DNA of 64,000 bases from an uncultured virus (IMG/VR IMGVR_UViG_3300037418_000929) (Duplodnaviria > Heunggongvirae > Uroviricota > Caudoviricetes): the IMG/VR virus record IMGVR_UViG_3300037418_000929; one strand, given 5' to 3'. The position numbers were made by a program, and so were the translations under genes. Shown one piece after another: positions 45,732 to 55,807 of the stretch. A model generated the notes under the pieces. That model was not told the DNA's origin. It did no database searches and was given only the letters and a program-made list of their open reading frames with translations. How positions within the stretch are numbered: the first letter of the stretch is position 1; every line of letters begins with the position of its first letter.

Positions 45732-45935
45732 TCATGCTACCATTTCCTCTTCTTCAGCCCACACGGCCTCGTCGTTGGCGAGAAACTTACCGTACATGAA
45801 ACGGGCCTTCGTGTCTGCTTGGACTTTGTTTACAGCCGAGATAATCCCGAGCCGGAACTTCTCGCCTCCGCTGCGCTTGTACACAGTGAAGCGCCTGTAG
45901 TTGCCCGACGTAGCGGGCGGAATGAAGAAAGACAT
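45732..45935 (-). CDS. Hypothetical early protein
   Basis: AAAGGAG RBS; MSFFIPPATSGNYRRF. Confidence 0.65.
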   Translation of the reverse strand: MSFFIPPATSGNYRRFTVYKRSGGEKFRLGIISAVNKVQADTKARFMYGKFLANDEAVWAEEEEMVA

Positions 45936-45959
45936 TGTATTCCCGCTCCTTTCGTTAGT

Positions 45960-46510
45960 AGCGTTGAGTAAGAGAGTGTTTCCTGCGGCTTGCAAGTGGT
46001 AACGTATCCCCGCTTTCGGTGAGCCTACGGTAGTTAATCCCCGTAGAACGAACACTCTCTAACACAAAGCTAATGCTTTGCTGCGGGGAATTGACTGGTT
46101 CCCTATTATCCCCTCTAGCTCGCCTAATCACTTAGGTTCGCCCGCTTGCTATTTCATTCACAAGCGCGAGACGCGTTCAGCCGAATTACTGCCCACTTAA
46201 GGGCATGGCGCGGGGTTTCTACATTGCTACCCTATCTGCTAGTGACGGCAGTTTATACAAACTCGCCGTTGCCTACTCACCGTTGCCAGCTTTCAGCATC
46301 GCAGCATTGGACAATGCTCCGAGCGCAATTCTTTCCATCCGCACTCCCAACGGGAGCCGATGCTTTCCCAACGGTTGTCAGCCGTGGTGCAAGGCTTTGG
46401 CCTCACTAACCGGATTAACGTACCGGCCTAAGACGTGGTGAGAGTTACAGCGCCGGGGCGTTTCGCCCTCACCTTGTCGTTTCTGCTATCTAGGCGTTTC
46501 AACGCGCCTT
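45960..46510 (-). ncRNA. Candidate large structured RNA
   Basis: ~550 nt with no credible ORF and a dense run of hairpins. Confidence 0.4.
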
Positions 46511-46511
46511 T

Positions 46512-46982
46512 TCAAGCCTTCTTTTTGAACGGCCCTTTGAAGGCCGCTCGCTGGCAGTTAGGCAACGCTGTGGCGTAGCGCTCTTTGGCATAGCTTGCGC
46601 TCACCTTTTCCCCTTGCAAAGCGTAGGGATCGTGATTGAACGCTGAGTGAGCACGCTTGCCCGGTTTCCCGTGCTTGCCTACTTCCTCTTTCGCTACGTC
46701 AAACAACGCCTTGCCGTTGGCTCCACGGCTGGAAAAGCCTTCAAGCCAACCCTTCGCGTTACTACGCAAACCCATTTGCTTGGGTTCACGCTTGCGGAAA
46801 GAAAGCAACGCCCGCTCTTGAGCCGATAGGTTGTCGCCTTTCAGCAACTCGGCCCGCAACCTTGCGTCCTTCAAGGCTTCCTTCACTATCTGTTGCTTGC
46901 GAATAATCGCCCGCGACAGCAGCAAGTCGGCCTTGGCCTCTTTCCGCTCCAAGGCGCGCTTGCGCCGTTGATAGCGGTTCAT
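46512..46982 (-). CDS. Basic hypothetical early protein
   Basis: AAAGGTGA RBS; K/R-rich. Confidence 0.65.
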   Translation of the reverse strand: MNRYQRRKRALERKEAKADLLLSRAIIRKQQIVKEALKDARLRAELLKGDNLSAQERALLSFRKREPKQMGLRSNAKGWLEGFSSRGANGKALFDVAKEEVGKHGKPGKRAHSAFNHDPYALQGEKVSASYAKERYATALPNCQRAAFKGPFKKKA

Positions 46983-47141
46983 TGTATCACCTTTCCATTT
47001 TACAGTAATACCAATTAACGCAATCCTGCCATGCGTCTAGGACGCGCCCAAACAGCACTTCAATGATTGCCTCAATCATATCACTGTCCCTAATGGGCGG
47101 TAAGCCAGCCGAAACCGGCTCACCTAGTGAATTGTCGTTTC

Positions 47142-47170
47142 CCTCTAGAGAAAGCCCTAGAGGCTGTCAA
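47142..47170 (-). promoter_or_regulatory. Early sigma70-like promoter
   Basis: TTGACA-17 bp-TAGAGG, overlapping palindrome CCTCTAG..CTAGAGG. Confidence 0.5.
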
Positions 47171-47630
47171 GTGGTCTAGCTTCGCACTGGAACGTAGCAC
47201 GCTCCGTAGCTTGGCCTTCCGAAATGACAACGCCCTTAGACCACAGATCGTTGCGAGGGGCAATGGCACTGAATACGTATTCATTAGGATACAATGTTAC
47301 ATCAACTGGCACGGTATTTGCTACGCGAGCGCGGGTTCCTTCTCTCCTAGAGGCATGGGCTGATAACGAGTTGCAGTAGCCGCCCACCCGTTCCCTCGCC
47401 TAGACTAGCCTGCTAATGCGAAGCACAAGCATTAGAGGATGTAACCTATAGGTGACACTGTTGTTTATCTGCAACACTGTGACCTTCCCGCAACACAGGA
47501 CGCGTAGCGGTGTGTTAGTACAGCAGGACAGGGGGTCCCCGGGGGAGGGGTACCGGGGGGAGGGGTGAAGTCGAGATGCAGTTCGGGCGGCACCAGCTGT
47601 ACTCTCAGACTAGATAAAAAATCAAAATAA

Positions 47631-47664
47631 TAAAAAAGGCCCCTTGACGAATGCCAAGGCGGCC
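47631..47664 (-). terminator. Intrinsic terminator
   Basis: GGCCGCCTTGG/TCAAGGGGCC stem followed by TTTTTTA. Confidence 0.65.
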
Positions 47665-47879
47665 CCACACTAACCAAGAATGAATTAACTAATTAACAGA
47701 TTGTACGTAAGCAAAGACACGGCCGAGGGATTCACCCTTCGGGTCTGGACACCGGCCCCTAGTCTCTCCGAGCAAACTCTGCCCTCGGGACTCTATATCG
47801 GTCCTATCCCTTCGGATCGGGCCCTATATAAGGGTGTATCTATTAGAGTATATAGTTTACCGCCTGCAACCAATAAGGT

Positions 47880-47985
47880 ATTATAACATATTCAGCACAC
47901 TTTGTCAAGCAAAATCGTACAAAATGAAAATAAAGTTACCAAAATGCATTTTTTACTTGACATTCACCCTGAAATATGTTATAAT
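47880..47985. promoter_or_regulatory. Back-to-back consensus sigma70 promoters
   Basis: Minus: TTGACA (47908-47903)-17-TATAAT (47885-47880); plus: TTGACA (47957-62)-17-TATAAT (47980-85); both have an extended -10 TG. Confidence 0.9.
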
Positions 47986-48007
47986 ATGTGTATAAGGTGC
48001 AAAGAAA

Positions 48008-48259
48008 GTGGATTTAAAGAACGAAAGAGAGAGCAAGAACTTCGTAGACCACACGACGTACCTGAACCAAATGCTCAACAAACTGGACACGCGGGACAAG
48101 ATGATGTTCTGGCGAATGATGCACCAGTCAGACGACGACAACTACATCTCCCACATCACCAATCCAAACGTTGAGCCGGGTGCTCCCCAACTTGAACAGC
48201 CTCAGAGTACCACAGACTTTCTCAACAGTATCCTTCTTCACCTAATGACTGGTAAATAG
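48008..48259 (+). CDS. Hypothetical protein
   Basis: First ORF after the rightward promoter. Confidence 0.55.
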   Translation: MDLKNERESKNFVDHTTYLNQMLNKLDTRDKMMFWRMMHQSDDDNYISHITNPNVEPGAPQLEQPQSTTDFLNSILLHLMTGK

Positions 48260-48537
48260 TGGCTAAGAACTCAGGACAGACTAAAGCAGCTAGGGCCGCT
48301 TCTCAGGCCAAGTACAACTCCAAGCCAGAACAAGTCAAGCGCAGAGAGCAGCGCAATCGAGCCAGAGCCAAGCTAATCAAAGAAGGCAAGGCGAGAAAAG
48401 GTGACGGCAAAGACGTCGATCACATTTCCGGCCTAGCGGGGGGAAACCAAGACAGCAACCTCCGAGTTCTGAGTAAGTCAGTTAACAGACACTACAACCG
48501 AAGGTCCAAGAAGACCAAAGCCCCTAAGAAACTTTAA
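48259..48537 (+). CDS. HNH endonuclease-like protein
   Basis: GDGKDVDH...GGN..SNLRV....NR; near the terminase genes. Confidence 0.8.
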   Translation: MAKNSGQTKAARAASQAKYNSKPEQVKRREQRNRARAKLIKEGKARKGDGKDVDHISGLAGGNQDSNLRVLSKSVNRHYNRRSKKTKAPKKL

Positions 48538-48538
48538 C

Positions 48539-48826
48539 GTGCCAGCCATTCTCGAACGCCTAGTTAGCCAGCTCAAGGCTAAAGGATACAATGACCGATC
48601 TGCCCACGCTATTGCGGTTGCTGCCCTCCAGCGTAGTGGAAACCTTAAGCCCGGAACAGAGGAGGCAACTCCTAAAGGCGTTGAGCGTGGGAGGATGTCT
48701 CCCGGTGATCGAGCCAAAGACAGAGCCGCTAAGCGGTCCGGTCGATCTACAAGAGATTTTAAGTACGATCCTAGGACAAATAGAGCCACACTTAAACGAC
48801 GAAAGACCCGACGAAAACGAAAATGA
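48539..48826 (+). CDS. Hypothetical basic protein
   Basis: MPAILERLVSQLKAKG... Confidence 0.65.
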   Translation: MPAILERLVSQLKAKGYNDRSAHAIAVAALQRSGNLKPGTEEATPKGVERGRMSPGDRAKDRAAKRSGRSTRDFKYDPRTNRATLKRRKTRRKRK

Positions 48827-49329
48827 AGCCGAGTGAACAGGAAAAAGAAGCTTTCGAAAAGCTAACCGAAAAGCAAAAGGCTTTTGTAGAAGAGTACCTA
48901 ATCGACTACAACGGTTCGGCTGCCGTTCTTCGTGCCGGGTTCGACACCGCCCACCCTAAGAAAATCGCATACCAGCTCCTCCGCCACCAGAACGTAAAGG
49001 CTTATCTCGACTTCAGGGCGGACGAACGAGCTAAAAAGAGTAACCTCAAGCCGGACTACGTAATCAAGAAGGTAGTCAAGGCAATCGAAGAAGCAGACCG
49101 AGACGGTAAGCCAGCTATTGTACTGAAGGGGTGTGAACTCCTCGCTAGGCACCTCGGAATGTTCATAGACAGACAGGAAATCAGCGGTCCCAACGGCGAC
49201 CCAATCAAGTATGAGCAAGTCAAAGAAGCGGCAGACGCTTTCACCAGCGCAATTTCTAGCCTCATTGAGCGAGGCGGAGAGGGACCAACACCTTTCGAAA
49301 TTGAGCCTTCAGGAGAGGGCACACCTTAA
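48823..49329 (+). CDS. terS: Terminase small subunit
   Basis: LTEKQKAFVEEYLIDYNGSAAVLRAGF...ELLARHLGMF. Confidence 0.92.
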   Translation: MKPSEQEKEAFEKLTEKQKAFVEEYLIDYNGSAAVLRAGFDTAHPKKIAYQLLRHQNVKAYLDFRADERAKKSNLKPDYVIKKVVKAIEEADRDGKPAIVLKGCELLARHLGMFIDRQEISGPNGDPIKYEQVKEAADAFTSAISSLIERGGEGPTPFEIEPSGEGTP

Positions 49330-50638
49330 ACACCACTGGCCCTTTTGGGCTAGGCCAGATCAGCTGGAGCCAGAAGGAGACTGGAACACGTGGTTGATTC
49401 TGGCAGGACGCGGTTGGGGTAAAACCCGAGTAGGCTCCGAGTGGGTCAGGGACATAGCCAAGCGTTATCCCGGCTGTAGAATTGCTCTAGTAGGTGAAAC
49501 CGCAGCCGACGCCCGAAAGGTTATGATCACGGGTGACAGCGGTATCCTGAGTATTTCCCCGCCCGACTTCATGCCGGAGTACTTCCCGACCAACAGGCAG
49601 CTCCGCTGGCCCAACGGTTCAATTGCAGAAACGTACAACGCAACTCAGCCCGACCAGCTCCGTGGTCCTCAGCATCACTTCGCGTGGTGCGACGAGATCG
49701 CCAAGTGGGAGCACATGAAAGACAGTTGGGACCAGCTTCAGTTCGGTCTCCGCTTGGGTGACAAGCCACGCTGCCTAGTGACTACGACGCCTCGTCCGCT
49801 GCCTTTGATTCGGCAAATGCTCAACGACCCCGACACGTTCGTAACTCGCGGGGCCACGCTGGACAACAAAGACAACCTAGCCGAAAGCACGGTTAAGTTC
49901 TTGTACGAGCGATACGCAGGTACGCGACTCGGTAGACAGGAACTCGACGGAGAAGTCCTCGACGACATCCCCGGAGCGCTTTGGTCCCGCACCAAGCTAG
50001 ACGAAACCAGAGTACGGAAAGCACCGGAACAGCTTGATCGAATTATCGTGGCAGTTGATCCTGCCGCTTCCTCTGAAGAACACAGCGACGAAACAGGTAT
50101 TGTTTGTGTCGGACTTGCAAAGGATGCAGACGGCTTTAACCGTGGCTACGTACTTGCGGACCGATCCATTCGAGGAACTCCTGAGGAGTGGGCTAAAGCA
50201 GCCGTTGCACTGTACAGAGAGTTTGAAGCGGATCGCATCATCGCAGAAAAGAATCAAGGAGGAGAAATGGTGGAAGCCGTCCTCCGAGCCGTGGATCGCA
50301 ACGTACCAGTCACCCTCGTTACAGCAACACGAGGAAAGCTTGTTCGAGCTGAACCAGTTTCCGCTCTTTACGAGCAAGGAAGAGTACACCACGTAGGTAG
50401 TTTCAATGAACTTGAAGACCAAATGTGTACGTTTAGTCAGGATTACGACCGAGCCAACGGCTCTCCTGATCGGATGGACGCTCTTGTTTGGGGCCTTAGT
50501 TATCTTTTTGAAAGGATGACGGCCCGCCGACGCCCTCACGAAAAGGACGTCGAACCCAGTTACAATCTCCGGGAGTACAACCCAAACGACCACGACGTCT
50601 ATCGTGGAAAAACTGACACGAGTTGGATGGTTGGCTAA
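49211..50638 (+). CDS. terL: Terminase large subunit
   Basis: AGRGWGKT, LRGPQ..WCDE, TTTP, VAVDPA, SPDRMDA. Confidence 0.95.
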   Translation: MSKSKKRQTLSPAQFLASLSEAERDQHLSKLSLQERAHLKHHWPFWARPDQLEPEGDWNTWLILAGRGWGKTRVGSEWVRDIAKRYPGCRIALVGETAADARKVMITGDSGILSISPPDFMPEYFPTNRQLRWPNGSIAETYNATQPDQLRGPQHHFAWCDEIAKWEHMKDSWDQLQFGLRLGDKPRCLVTTTPRPLPLIRQMLNDPDTFVTRGATLDNKDNLAESTVKFLYERYAGTRLGRQELDGEVLDDIPGALWSRTKLDETRVRKAPEQLDRIIVAVDPAASSEEHSDETGIVCVGLAKDADGFNRGYVLADRSIRGTPEEWAKAAVALYREFEADRIIAEKNQGGEMVEAVLRAVDRNVPVTLVTATRGKLVRAEPVSALYEQGRVHHVGSFNELEDQMCTFSQDYDRANGSPDRMDALVWGLSYLFERMTARRRPHEKDVEPSYNLREYNPNDHDVYRGKTDTSWMVG

Positions 50639-50821
50639 GTACGTTGCACGAAGAATCCGATCAGACGAAGACGATCCAGGTGATTTCTGGTGGGAAGACA
50701 TGCCAATGTCCCACGTACCCTACGTTGATGATTCGGCACTTGAGCCCACAGGTCTCGTCGACGCTGAAGGTATTCCTTTGTGGAGGCTGCCTAATCCGAT
50801 TGGTTTCGGTCGAAAGCTTGA

Positions 50822-53062
50822 ATGGTAAAGAAGACTAACAAAGAATCCGACGTTAACATCGACGTTTCGTCCTTGAAGCTGCCCGACCCTGACGTCGCGG
50901 CAGTTCCTTCGTCGTATGCGCCTGAGGGTTTCAAAGACGCTCAGGAGTATCTGGACGATCTCCGCGAGACGTACGAACTCGATCTTCAGTACGACGACGA
51001 CAACCGCAAGGCTGCGCTGGAGGACATGAAGTTCGTAGCAGGAGAGCAGTGGGAACCCCACGTTCTTCAACAGCGTCAAGGGCTGCCTTGCCTAGTAATT
51101 AACTCCATTCCCCAGTTTACGGCTCAGCTGACAGGCGACTGGCGAGAGAACCGAACAGGCATTAAGGTTCTTCCGGCTGAAGGTGGTGACAAGAACGTCG
51201 CAGACGTACGCTCCGATCTCATCCGTTCCATCGAAACTAAATCTCGCGCTGACAGAGTTTACACGTCAGCCTTCGAGTCGATGGTTCAGTGTGGAGACGG
51301 GGCGTTTCGTGTAGCAGTTCAGTACGCAAACGACGACACGTGGGATCAAGACATCCTGCTCGGACAGATTGACGACCCTCTTTCGGTTGTTTGGGACAGA
51401 CTCAGCATCGACCCGACCGGCAGGGACGCGTCTCACTGCTTCGTAGACGACATCATTCCGCAGAAGGAATTCAAAAAGCGTTGGCCTGACACGAAGATTG
51501 CTTCGCTAGGCAACACCGAAAAGCGTTCTCTATACGCTACCGGTTGGATGGATGACAAAACCGTCCGAGTCACCGAACACTGGCGAATGGTTGAGCGCAA
51601 GCGTCTCCTCGTCATGTTTGAAGACGGGACGATTTACCCGTTCGACGAAGGCGCAGAGTCCGAGTACGAAGGCTACATCCAAAAGCACGGCAAGCCGGTT
51701 AAGTCCCGGTTGTCCCCGTGTAGGTACGCTCAGATGCACCTCGTCACTGGGTTCGACATTCTTGCAGGCCCGTTCGAATGGAAGCTGGACAGGCTTCCGA
51801 TTGTTCGAATGTCGGGCAGAACCGTAACCGTTGGTGATCGCCGCGTCCGGTACGGCCTCGTCCGTTACATGAAAGACGCCGCAAGACTCCGTAATTTCTG
51901 GCGATCAGTCGCAGCGGAGCAACTGGGTTACGCACCCAAGGCTCAGTGGATTGGCCCTGAGAGTGCGTTCGAAGGACGTGAAGACGCGTGGAGAAAAGCC
52001 CACAAGATTCGCGATCCTCTTCTGATTTACAACGATGACGCACAGGCTCCGCCGGAACGCGTTGATCCTCCTGTGATGCAGACTGCCCTCCTCAACGAGG
52101 CGCAGATCAACACGCAGGACATGAAGGACATCACAGGAATCCACGATGCTTCACTCGGTATTAAGAGCAATGAAACGTCTGGCAAAGCTATTATGGCCCG
52201 ACAGCGAGAGGGTGACGTTGCTTCTCTGGCTTATTACGATAATGGTAATGCTGCTATCCTTGAGGCCGGAGATGTCATCAATCAGCTCATTGGTCAGATT
52301 TATGACGGCACCCGCATTGTTCGCATTATCGGTGAAGATGAGTCTGCTAAGCTCGTAACCATCAACGACGACAACAACCCTGATTCGCCCAATCTCGCAA
52401 TCGGAAAGTACGACGTGGCAATCACCACGGGTGCTTCGTACACGACCCGAAGGGTTGAGGCCGCTCAGGCCATGATGGACGCCATTCAGGTGTTCCCGGA
52501 ACTGATGCAGGTTGCTGGAGACATCATAGTCAAGGCGCAGGATTGGCCGGGTGCTGACGAACTAGCCGAACGACTTCAAAAGACTGTTCCCCCGCAGCTG
52601 CTCTCCGATAAGGAGAAAGCTGAAATGGGAGAGCAAGGCCCTGACGTCAACGCAATCATGCAGCAACAGGCTCAAGTCCAAGAGCAAATGCAGCAGGCCA
52701 TGCAGGAGCTACAGCAGCTTCAGCAGGAAAACCAGACCTTGAAGGTTAAGGCTGCTGCCAAGGACAAGGAGCTTGAAATTAAGGAGTACGAGGCTGAAAC
52801 AGCCCGACTCGCTGCTTACGCTCAGATTCTCGCCAAGGGCGACGAACTAGAAATCAAACGACTGGAGCAGGAAGCTCACCTTCAGATGGAGGCAGAGCAA
52901 GGCGAACACGACCGCACAATGGACGTGGCTAACGCAATCCAGACTGACAACCATTTCCAGCAAGGTCAGCAAAATCAGCAGGCAATGCAGGACAACCAGC
53001 TACAAGCTCAGAAAGAGCAAGCAGCTTCGACCGCGAAGGCTTCAACCCCACCTTCCGAATAA
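50822..53062 (+). CDS. Portal protein (P22 gp1-like)
   Basis: GEQW...PCLVIN...SNETSGKAI.ARQ...GKYDV.I.TGASY.TRR; Q-rich barrel. Confidence 0.93.
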   Translation: MVKKTNKESDVNIDVSSLKLPDPDVAAVPSSYAPEGFKDAQEYLDDLRETYELDLQYDDDNRKAALEDMKFVAGEQWEPHVLQQRQGLPCLVINSIPQFTAQLTGDWRENRTGIKVLPAEGGDKNVADVRSDLIRSIETKSRADRVYTSAFESMVQCGDGAFRVAVQYANDDTWDQDILLGQIDDPLSVVWDRLSIDPTGRDASHCFVDDIIPQKEFKKRWPDTKIASLGNTEKRSLYATGWMDDKTVRVTEHWRMVERKRLLVMFEDGTIYPFDEGAESEYEGYIQKHGKPVKSRLSPCRYAQMHLVTGFDILAGPFEWKLDRLPIVRMSGRTVTVGDRRVRYGLVRYMKDAARLRNFWRSVAAEQLGYAPKAQWIGPESAFEGREDAWRKAHKIRDPLLIYNDDAQAPPERVDPPVMQTALLNEAQINTQDMKDITGIHDASLGIKSNETSGKAIMARQREGDVASLAYYDNGNAAILEAGDVINQLIGQIYDGTRIVRIIGEDESAKLVTINDDNNPDSPNLAIGKYDVAITTGASYTTRRVEAAQAMMDAIQVFPELMQVAGDIIVKAQDWPGADELAERLQKTVPPQLLSDKEKAEMGEQGPDVNAIMQQQAQVQEQMQQAMQELQQLQQENQTLKVKAAAKDKELEIKEYEAETARLAAYAQILAKGDELEIKRLEQEAHLQMEAEQGEHDRTMDVANAIQTDNHFQQGQQNQQAMQDNQLQAQKEQAASTAKASTPPSE

Positions 53063-53097
53063 GTCGCAACCGGGGACGTACCGAAAGGACGCCTTAA

Positions 53098-54126
53098 TTG
53101 ACTACTGACGACAACAGTAATTCAGAAAATCTTGTCGATATGGACGACCTCAACGCTTTTGAGGACGAGTTCTTCCAGCGGGAAAAGCCCGTTGACAAGG
53201 AGGACACGTCTGAAGAAGTTGACGAGGAAGTCTCTGAGGACGAGGATGATCCCCTCGCAGCAGAAGAGGACACAGATGCCCCGGCAGAGACCGGGGATGA
53301 GGACGAAGTAGAGGAAGAGGACGACTCCGAAGAGGAGGAAGAGCCTCAGCCGAAACCGAAGCCAAAGTCAAAGGCTCAGCAAAGGATTGAAAAGCTCCTA
53401 GAGCGTGAGAGGCTAGCTAACGAACGGGCTAACACCCTTGAACAGCGGCTGGCTGCACTAGAGGCTCGAAACACAAAAGAGGAACCACGTGAAGAGCAGG
53501 CTCCTGCCCTCCGTGATCAGCTTCCCGCTGACGCTCCTAATCCAGACGCCAAGGACAAAGACGGTAATCCGCTCTATCCCCTAGGCGAGTTTGATCCTCA
53601 GTTCATTCGTGACTTCACACAGTTCACGATTGACGAACAAATGAAGATCAAACAGGAAAAGGAACAGCGAGAAGCCCAAGAACGAATGGTAGCCGAACAG
53701 CGTAGTGCGATCCAGAACAACTGGCACACGAAACTGGAGGCGGCTGAAGAGGAAATCCCCGACATTCGAGAGAGTATCTCGGACCTAGTGGACACTTTTC
53801 AGAACGTCGAACCGGCTTACGGTGAATACTTGGCATCTGTGATCATGGCGAGCGATCTCGGCCCGCAACTCATGTACTACCTCTCTCAAAATATCGGCGA
53901 GGCCCAGAAAATCGTTGCCTCTGGACCTGCTGCTGCCACTCTTGCCCTCGGACGGTTGGAAGCCCGACTGACTCCGCAGAGTAAATCAGAGAAGCGCAAC
54001 ACCAAGAGAGAGTCCGAAGCTCCTCGTCCGCCCGAAGCCCGCACTCGCGGTGCCGGAGGTCGGTTCTCGATCAGCCCGGACACTGATGATCTAGATGCCT
54101 TCGAACGAGAATTCTTCAAGAAGTAA
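53098..54126 (+). CDS. Scaffolding protein
   Basis: Acidic N-terminus, AQQRIEKL, GPQLMYYL; precedes the capsid gene. Confidence 0.8.
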   Translation: MTTDDNSNSENLVDMDDLNAFEDEFFQREKPVDKEDTSEEVDEEVSEDEDDPLAAEEDTDAPAETGDEDEVEEEDDSEEEEEPQPKPKPKSKAQQRIEKLLERERLANERANTLEQRLAALEARNTKEEPREEQAPALRDQLPADAPNPDAKDKDGNPLYPLGEFDPQFIRDFTQFTIDEQMKIKQEKEQREAQERMVAEQRSAIQNNWHTKLEAAEEEIPDIRESISDLVDTFQNVEPAYGEYLASVIMASDLGPQLMYYLSQNIGEAQKIVASGPAAATLALGRLEARLTPQSKSEKRNTKRESEAPRPPEARTRGAGGRFSISPDTDDLDAFEREFFKK

Positions 54127-54178
54127 CTCATCGTCGCGAAGGTCACTTTTCAAACGATAGAAAGGACTACTGTAGCTA

Positions 54179-55471
54179 ATGGCTACTATTACTGTTGACC
54201 AACAGAAGTTGGTTATGAATGCCTTCGCGGCTACTTTCCAGAATAACCTGCTTGCCAAGGACGTTGTGACTTGGAAGCAGTACAACACTGAGATGGACGA
54301 CCGCAACGGCCTTAAGGTTGCCGAGCAGGTTGGCCCCCGTTACGTTGTCACTCAGACGACCAACGGTGTTGCTGATCTTTCCTCGGGTGTTCAGGACAGC
54401 GTGTTCGGTTCCGAGCAGTTCGTCGTGAACAAGACGTTTGGTTCGTCAATGGGTTGGGCTGACTTCGTTAAGATTCGCGACATCGGCGAAGCTCGCGAGT
54501 CGGTTGCCCTCAAGAACGCTGCGACTCAGCTTGCCGAGCAGATCGACAAGTACATCCTCGGCGTTGCTCAGCTGGCCTCCAACATGGAAGTCGGTACGGC
54601 CGGTAACTCGGTTGCCGCTTGGTCGGACGTCGCTACTGCGTACACCCGCCTAAAGAAGGAAGGTGTCGAGGACAGCGGCCTTCGTCTGGTGCTCAACTAC
54701 GACGACCAGCAGGCCCTCGGCAGCTCGATCCTGAGCTACGCGGCTCCTGACGCTCTCGTCACCGGTGCGTATCGCGGCGGCTTCAAGGGTGAGGTCGCGG
54801 GTATCCCGACGATGTTCACTCAGCAGCTCGGTAACATCACCCCCGGTACTCGTACCAACGGTGCTGTGAATGGTGCGACGCAGAACGTCAACTACAAGGA
54901 CGTCGCTGTTTCGGGTGCTCCGGGTCAGTACAAGACTCAGACGCTCGCCTGCGACGGCTTTGGTGCCAACGCGACCATCAAGGACGGTGAAATCTTCACC
55001 ATCGCCGGTGTGTACGCGTACGACCAGCGCGCTCAGCAGAGCCTTGCTCCCCTCCTTCAGCAGTTCCGCGTCGTGGGTGACGCCACTGCCGACGGTACGG
55101 GTGCGGTTGCCGCTCTCCGCATTTATCCGGCGATCATCGTTCCGGACGGCGGTATCACGGGCAATCAGGCTCACGCGACCGTTGCCTCGGCCCCGGCTGA
55201 CAATGCGGTTATCACGTGGCGTGGTACGGCCAGCACGGCTTACAAGCCGCGTCTGATGATCGACAAGCAGGCGATTATCGTCAACACTGCCGATCTGATC
55301 ATGCCCGCGACGGGTACTGCGATGCGCAAGGCGCTTACGCAGGTTCCGCTCAGCGTCCGCATGTGGCAGGACAGCACCTTTGCGACGGGCTCGCATCAGG
55401 TTCGTTTCGACGTTGCCCTTACGGCTAACGTCCACGACCGACTGCGCTCCATCCGCCTCAACGGCGCTTAA
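54179..55471 (+). CDS. Major capsid protein (P22 gp5-like)
   Basis: 430 aa; GEIFTIAGV...LQQFRV...IYPAII...RFDV. Confidence 0.9.
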   Translation: MATITVDQQKLVMNAFAATFQNNLLAKDVVTWKQYNTEMDDRNGLKVAEQVGPRYVVTQTTNGVADLSSGVQDSVFGSEQFVVNKTFGSSMGWADFVKIRDIGEARESVALKNAATQLAEQIDKYILGVAQLASNMEVGTAGNSVAAWSDVATAYTRLKKEGVEDSGLRLVLNYDDQQALGSSILSYAAPDALVTGAYRGGFKGEVAGIPTMFTQQLGNITPGTRTNGAVNGATQNVNYKDVAVSGAPGQYKTQTLACDGFGANATIKDGEIFTIAGVYAYDQRAQQSLAPLLQQFRVVGDATADGTGAVAALRIYPAIIVPDGGITGNQAHATVASAPADNAVITWRGTASTAYKPRLMIDKQAIIVNTADLIMPATGTAMRKALTQVPLSVRMWQDSTFATGSHQVRFDVALTANVHDRLRSIRLNGA

Positions 55472-55478
55472 GTTTGAC

Positions 55479-55512
55479 TGGGAGGGGTTCTGTTCCGGGG
55501 CCCCTCCCTTTC
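55479..55512 (+). terminator. Terminator after the capsid gene
   Basis: GGGAGGGGTTC/GGGCCCCTCCC followed by TTTT. Confidence 0.7.
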
Positions 55513-55545
55513 ATTCACTAATAGTATTTTCTTGGAGACGTTATT

Positions 55546-55803
55546 TTGAAAGTTCGTGAACTTTATCGTCCGAAGCGAATGGCCGCCTCAGGAACGCTGG
55601 TTGCAATCGGCGGTGCAGTGGGCGGCTTTCTCTGTACCACAGGCGGCACAATTCAAATCACCGCTGGTGAAGCCTCCGGCGGTTCTGACATTGTTTCGTC
55701 CATCACGGTGACTGCTGGTCAGTTCTACCCGATGGGCTTTTTCTGTGAAACCGGTGCCTACGCAGTTCTAGGCGGGGGCGCAGTTGGGACGTTCTTGGTC
55801 TAA
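55546..55803 (+). CDS. Small beta-rich virion protein
   Basis: GGAG RBS, TTG start, Gly-rich. Confidence 0.6.
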   Translation: MKVRELYRPKRMAASGTLVAIGGAVGGFLCTTGGTIQITAGEASGGSDIVSSITVTAGQFYPMGFFCETGAYAVLGGGAVGTFLV

Positions 55804-55807
55804 AAGA

